Assembly (NCBI RefSeq): GCF_009914755.1
Contig: NC_060931.1
DNA from: the human T2T-CHM13v2.0 reference genome, Homo sapiens
Strand: one strand, 5' to 3'
DNA length: 64,000 nt
A program made the translations under genes and the position numbers. This document shows, piece after piece, positions 56,216-64,000 of the stretch; within the stretch, counting starts at the first letter, position 1, and every line of letters begins with the position of its first letter. The notes under the pieces were generated by a model that was not told the DNA's origin, did not search any database, and worked only from the letters and a program-made list of their open reading frames with translations.

Positions 56216-57606
56216 CAATTAATGAAATCCCCGTGGGGGTCCTCTTTTGAAATCCAGGTTTGACCTATTTGGCCTATTTTTAATTTTTATTATGTTTTTA
56301 AATAGAGATTGGGGGGGGGGTTCTCACTGTGTTTCCCAGGCTGTGCTCGAACTCATGGGCTGAAGCGATCCTCCCTCCTCAGCCTCCCAAAGTGTTGGGA
56401 TTACAGGTGTGAGCTACTGCGCCCAGCCTATTTCTTTCTGTTTCAAAAATTTCTGGCCCGGCGCAGTGGCTCAAGCCTGTAATCCCAGCACTTTGGGAGA
56501 CCGACACAGGTGGATACCTGAGGTCAGGAGTTTCAGACCAGCCTGGACAACATGGCAAAACTCCGTCTCTAACAAAAATGCAAAAATTAGCGGGGCATGG
56601 TGGCGCATGCCTGTAGTCCTAGCTACTTGGGATGCCAAGGCAGGAGAATTGCTTGAACCTGGGAAGAGGAGGTTGCAGTGAGCCAAGATCATGCCACTGC
56701 ACTACAGCCTGGGCAACAGAGTAAGACTCCCTCTCAAAAAAAAAAAAAAAATTTATCCCATGTGTCACTTGCCCAGCTCCTTGTATGTTAACTACAACAA
56801 ATAAGAGGTGTTTCCCCCAAACATTTACCACTGGCGTTAGCTGGGTGGAGCTGGGCATCAAGGTCCACTCTAAAACACAGCCTGAAACCTCAGAGGCTGA
56901 CAGTCTGCACTCCAGGCTCACTCTAAGTTGCTCACCCACACAGAGGATGCAATCCCTGGGGCAGGACACATGGTCACAGCATCCCTGCCCTTAGCTACAG
57001 GACCCTCCCCACCAAAACACAATCCTTTTTTTTTTTTTTTTTTGAGACCGAGTCTCCCTCTGTCACCCAGGCTGAAGTGCAGTGGTGCTCACTGCAACCT
57101 CCGCCTCCTGGGTTCAAGTGATTCTCCTGCCTCAGCCTCCCTAGTAGCTGGGATTACAAGTGCATGCCACCACGCTCAGCTAATTTTTGTATTTTTAGTA
57201 GAGACAGCGTTTCACCATGTTGGCCAGGCTGGTCTCGAACTCCTGACCTCAAGTGATCTGGCCACCTTGGCCTCCCAAACTGCTGGGATTACAGGCATGA
57301 GCCACTGTGCCTAGTCACCAAAACACAATTCTATCCGGTAACAAGAGGCCTGATGCTCTTGGATTGGATGTGCCCTATATTCAATACTTCCAGATTTTGA
57401 GGCCAGGCTCGGTGCTCCCGCCTGTAATCCCAGCACTTTGGGAGACCAAGGCAGGAGGATTGCTTGAGCCTAGGAATTTGAGACCAGCCTGGGCAACAAA
57501 GTAAGGCCCTGTCTTTATTATAAAACTAAATAAATAATATTTCCAGATTTTATTAGTAAGAAAATGGTTGCAAGTTTTTGGGGACATCCAGTTTAATATC
57601 TGCCAG

Positions 57607-58485
<879 letters not shown>

Positions 58486-58734
58486 CCAAGTCTGTGGGAA
58501 GTGGTTCTGATAAAGGATTCAGAGGATGAATTCTGATATTTTGAAATAATGAGATTAAAAAATTATACAATTCATGGTGGGGTTCCTAATAGGGGTCTGA
58601 AATAACAATCTAGTCAAGAACCTGTATATATTTTGCTTTTGTTCTCTGTCACCCAGGCTGGAGTGCAGTGGAGCAATCTTGCAACCTCTGCCTCCCAGGT
58701 TCAAGCAATTCTTCTGCCTCAGCCACCCAAGTAG

Positions 58735-58923
<189 letters not shown>

Positions 58924-59089
58924 TAATAAAGGAAACAAAATGTTAAACACCAAATGTTTGTATCTAAGTGTAAGTTGTAACTGAGAAGTTGTTTTGAGGG
59001 GAAAAGAAACTCAAGTATGTAAATGTGGATGGCTAGAAGAGTTACCTATTATTTGTATTTCATAAATGTTTAATATTAAATAGATTTCA

Positions 59090-59275
<186 letters not shown>

Positions 59276-59704
59276 TTAGTTAATTAATTAAAATAAAATC
59301 TGTTACCTCTTCATGGTCCTGGAATCCACCTCACACTCACACCTGTATTAATACTTGTGGGCATGAGATGGCAGTATTGTAGACGCTGTTTTGCTAAAGC
59401 ATATCACATTAAAAATATATATATATAGTTGCCTAGAAGACACTAATGAGTGGTCACATATAGTGTAACAACCAGGAGGTAATCTTGCCAGACAAGGCAA
59501 AACTATGAAACAGATTAAAATATGCTTCATTAGGCTGGGCGGAGTGGCTCACGCCTGTAATCCCAGAACTTTGGGAGTCCGAGGTGGGAGGATCACCTGA
59601 GGTCAGGAGTTCGAGGCCAGCCTGGCCAACATGGCAAAACCCTGTCTCTACTAAAAATACAAAAAGTAGCCGAGCCTGGTGGCGGGCGCCTGTAATCCCA
59701 GCTA

Positions 59705-59909
<205 letters not shown>

Positions 59910-60201
59910 TTAGCAATTTATTTTGCAAAGTTTTTAATCACAATTGGTTAGTCAAAAGTAATGCAGGTCATACTACTGTTCCTGAAGCTTCGAACTGCTG
60001 GGCTCAAGCAATCTTCCTGCCTCAGCCATCTAAGTAGCTGGGACCACAGGTGTGTGCCACCATGCCAGGCTGGTTTTTTATGTTTAGTAGAGCCTGGGTC
60101 TCATTATGTTGCCAAGACTGGTCTCCAACTCCTGGGCTCAAGCCCAAGTGTGATCCGCCTTACCCGGCTCTGAAAGGTTTTCTACAGATCACATTTTTTA
60201 A

Positions 60202-60468
<267 letters not shown>

Positions 60469-61152
60469 TGATCTGCTCACCTCAGTCTCCCAAAGTGCTG
60501 GGATGACAGGAGTGAGCCACCGCGCCCAGCCACAAATTTTCTAATGGCTAATTGTGTTAGAATCATGTACTCCTTTTTAAAAAGTTATTCACTGATAATG
60601 GCCTTCTAAAGTATAGTAAATTGGAACGAACACTCCGGAAAACAATATGGTGTTAGTAACACTAAACACACGCAATTTATACAACCCAGCAATTCCACCT
60701 GAGGGAGACACTCAGGAGAAACTTTCATGAGTAGGCTGGGTGTGGTGGATCATGCTTCTAATCCCACCACTTTGGGAGGCCTAGGTGGGAGGATCGCTTG
60801 AGCCCAGGATTTCAAGACCACCCTGGGCAACATATTGAGACCTAATCGCTACAAAAAATAAACAACATTAGTGGGACGTGGTGGCACACACCTCAAGTCC
60901 CAGCTACTTGGCTGAGTTGGGAGGATGGCTTGAGCCTGGAGGTTAAGGCTGCACTAAGATCACGCCACTGCACTCCAGCCTGGGTGGCAGAGTGAGACTC
61001 TGTCTAAAAAAAAAAAAAAAAAAAAAAGAGGCCAGGCACGCAGTGGCTCATGCATGTAATCCCAGCACTTTGGGAGGCTGAGGCAGGCGGATCACCTGAG
61101 GCCGGGAGTTCAAGACCAGCCTGACCAACATGGAGAAACCCCGTCTCTACTA

Positions 61153-61311
<159 letters not shown>

Positions 61312-61707
61312 TCAAAAAAAAAAAAAAGAAAGTTGTATGATTGGAGGAGCCACATATATAAGAATTTTTACAGCAATACTGTGAACATTCTCAGTTACTG
61401 TGATTACTGTGATACTCCAATAGCCATTGGAAACTTTAAAAAGAGAATATCATTTAATGTCATAAATGATAACTTACAACATAAACCGCAGGAGAGTAGT
61501 TACTTCTGAAAGTAAGAAAGGAAATGAGATTGAGAAAAGGTATGTAGAGTTAATCAATGGCATTATAATAATAATGTTCCTTTAAGTAGGATAGTAGGTG
61601 TACAGATGCTTTTTGTATCTGTGTGTATAAAATATTTGCTAACAAATTTAATATTTCATATCAATATGTTAAATAGCAATACATTGCTGCCTGGGCACGG
61701 TGGTTCA

Positions 61708-62000
<293 letters not shown>

Positions 62001-63044
62001 TTAAAATAGCATGAATGTCTTAAAAGAACACAGTTTGAAATGTGATTTAATATAAACATTAGCATTCAAAATAAGTCACACCATGGAAATATGCCCATGA
62101 TATGTCACATGAATAAAGGAAGTTGCAGAACATATATATAATGTGAGCCCCCATTTTTGAACAAATAAATCTCTACGTGTGTCTATATCCAGGTATGGTA
62201 TATGGTTATACATCTATGTCTATACAGCTATATAAAAGATGAAACATTCATTTATTTATTTATTTTTATGTTTTTGAGACAGTGCGTGGCTCTGTCGCCG
62301 TCCAGGCTGGAGTGCAGTGGTGCAATCTCAACTCACTGCAATCTCCACCTTCCGGGTTCAAGCGCTGGGATTATAGACATGAGCCACCACATCTGGCCTA
62401 CAGCTATCTTTATAATGGAAAAAGTGGGGGAAATTTATATTACAAAGCAATATGATTATAGTATAAGAACTGCAGCAATATTTGACCGAATCTTCCCCTT
62501 CCTCCTCCTAGAAATTATGCAAAGTGATAGGGAGACATAGTGGGGGGGAATGAGGCAGAAATCCCATATTCAGCAAAACTAGAAGACAAAAAGTCACTGG
62601 AGACTCCAAGACCTGCACAAGGGCTACCAAAGTTACACGCGAAGAGGCAGATGCAGATCCTAGGAAACACAACTAAAACAGACTCTCTGAAGATGAGCCG
62701 TTCATGCCACAGTCCAAAAATGTGTTGTTTGAAACAAGCACAGCAGAACAGGGATAAAAAGAACTGAGGGCAAGGCTCAAACAAGCAGAAAGGGAGTTGA
62801 AACCCTTGTAATCCAAGGGGTGAAGGGCATCTCTCCTGGCCTGAGCATCTTATGGGCAGAGTTAAGGTCCTAACACCCAGCTCACTCTCCTAGGGAGGGC
62901 ATGGGAAAAGAATCAGCCTTCCAAGTAAATTCAATGTAGGGTGTGTCACTAACATTCTATTTTGGCCAGCACGGTAGCTCATGCCTATAATCCAACCACT
63001 TTGGGAGGCTAAGGCAAGAGGATTGCTTGAGCCTAGGAATTTGA

Positions 63045-63287
<243 letters not shown>

Positions 63288-63369
63288 TGAACTCCTGACT
63301 TCATCATCTGCCCATCTTGGCCTCCCAAAGTGCTGGTATTACAGGCGTGAGCCACTGTGCCTGGCCCTA

Positions 63370-63812
<443 letters not shown>

Positions 63813-64000
63813 TTAGAACAGTGCAAAGAAAAAATAACAAAAATAAAACAAAACAAAAAATAGTACACAGCAAAGGAGGCAGAACTACACAAAAACTACC
63901 AAGAGCCACATTGAATGACACAGTCTGACTGTGGCAGCTGAAAACCTTCGTTTGCATTGAGAAGCTTGTAAAACTACCCTGGTCCCTCTTGTCTTTCCTT

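Overview
Primate (very likely human) genomic DNA, rich in Alu and L1, with no intact protein-coding gene. Positions ~1-46.3 kb are an intron-containing (unprocessed) pseudogene copy of Integrator subunit 4 on the + strand, consistent with the 7q11.21 duplicates INTS4P1/INTS4P2; I cannot tell which. Exons matching roughly INTS4 exons 10-15 and 17-21 (numbering from memory) are recognisable with splice sites. Lesions include a 1-bp frameshift, two nonsense codons, one destroyed acceptor, one apparently missing exon, one tandemly duplicated exon and no terminal exons. One intron is U12 (minor spliceosome) type. An old FAM162B retrocopy, a 56-bp-arm hairpin and several DNA transposon relics (Tigger1, Tigger3a, MER58A, Ricksha, MER33) lie in the introns. 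The INTS4 homology ends before a truncated L1 that carries a palindromic templated junction (~46.28 kb). Beyond it the sequence is very Alu-dense and contains a strong CTCF motif, a CpG/GC-box promoter-like patch (~55.7-56.2 kb) and an ERV1 solo LTR. It also holds what looks like a decayed, unidentified multi-exon gene on the - strand: phase-consistent small exons plus a large Alu-interrupted terminal exon, converging on the INTS4 pseudogene. All family and gene assignments come from recognising the sequence by eye, not from database searches.
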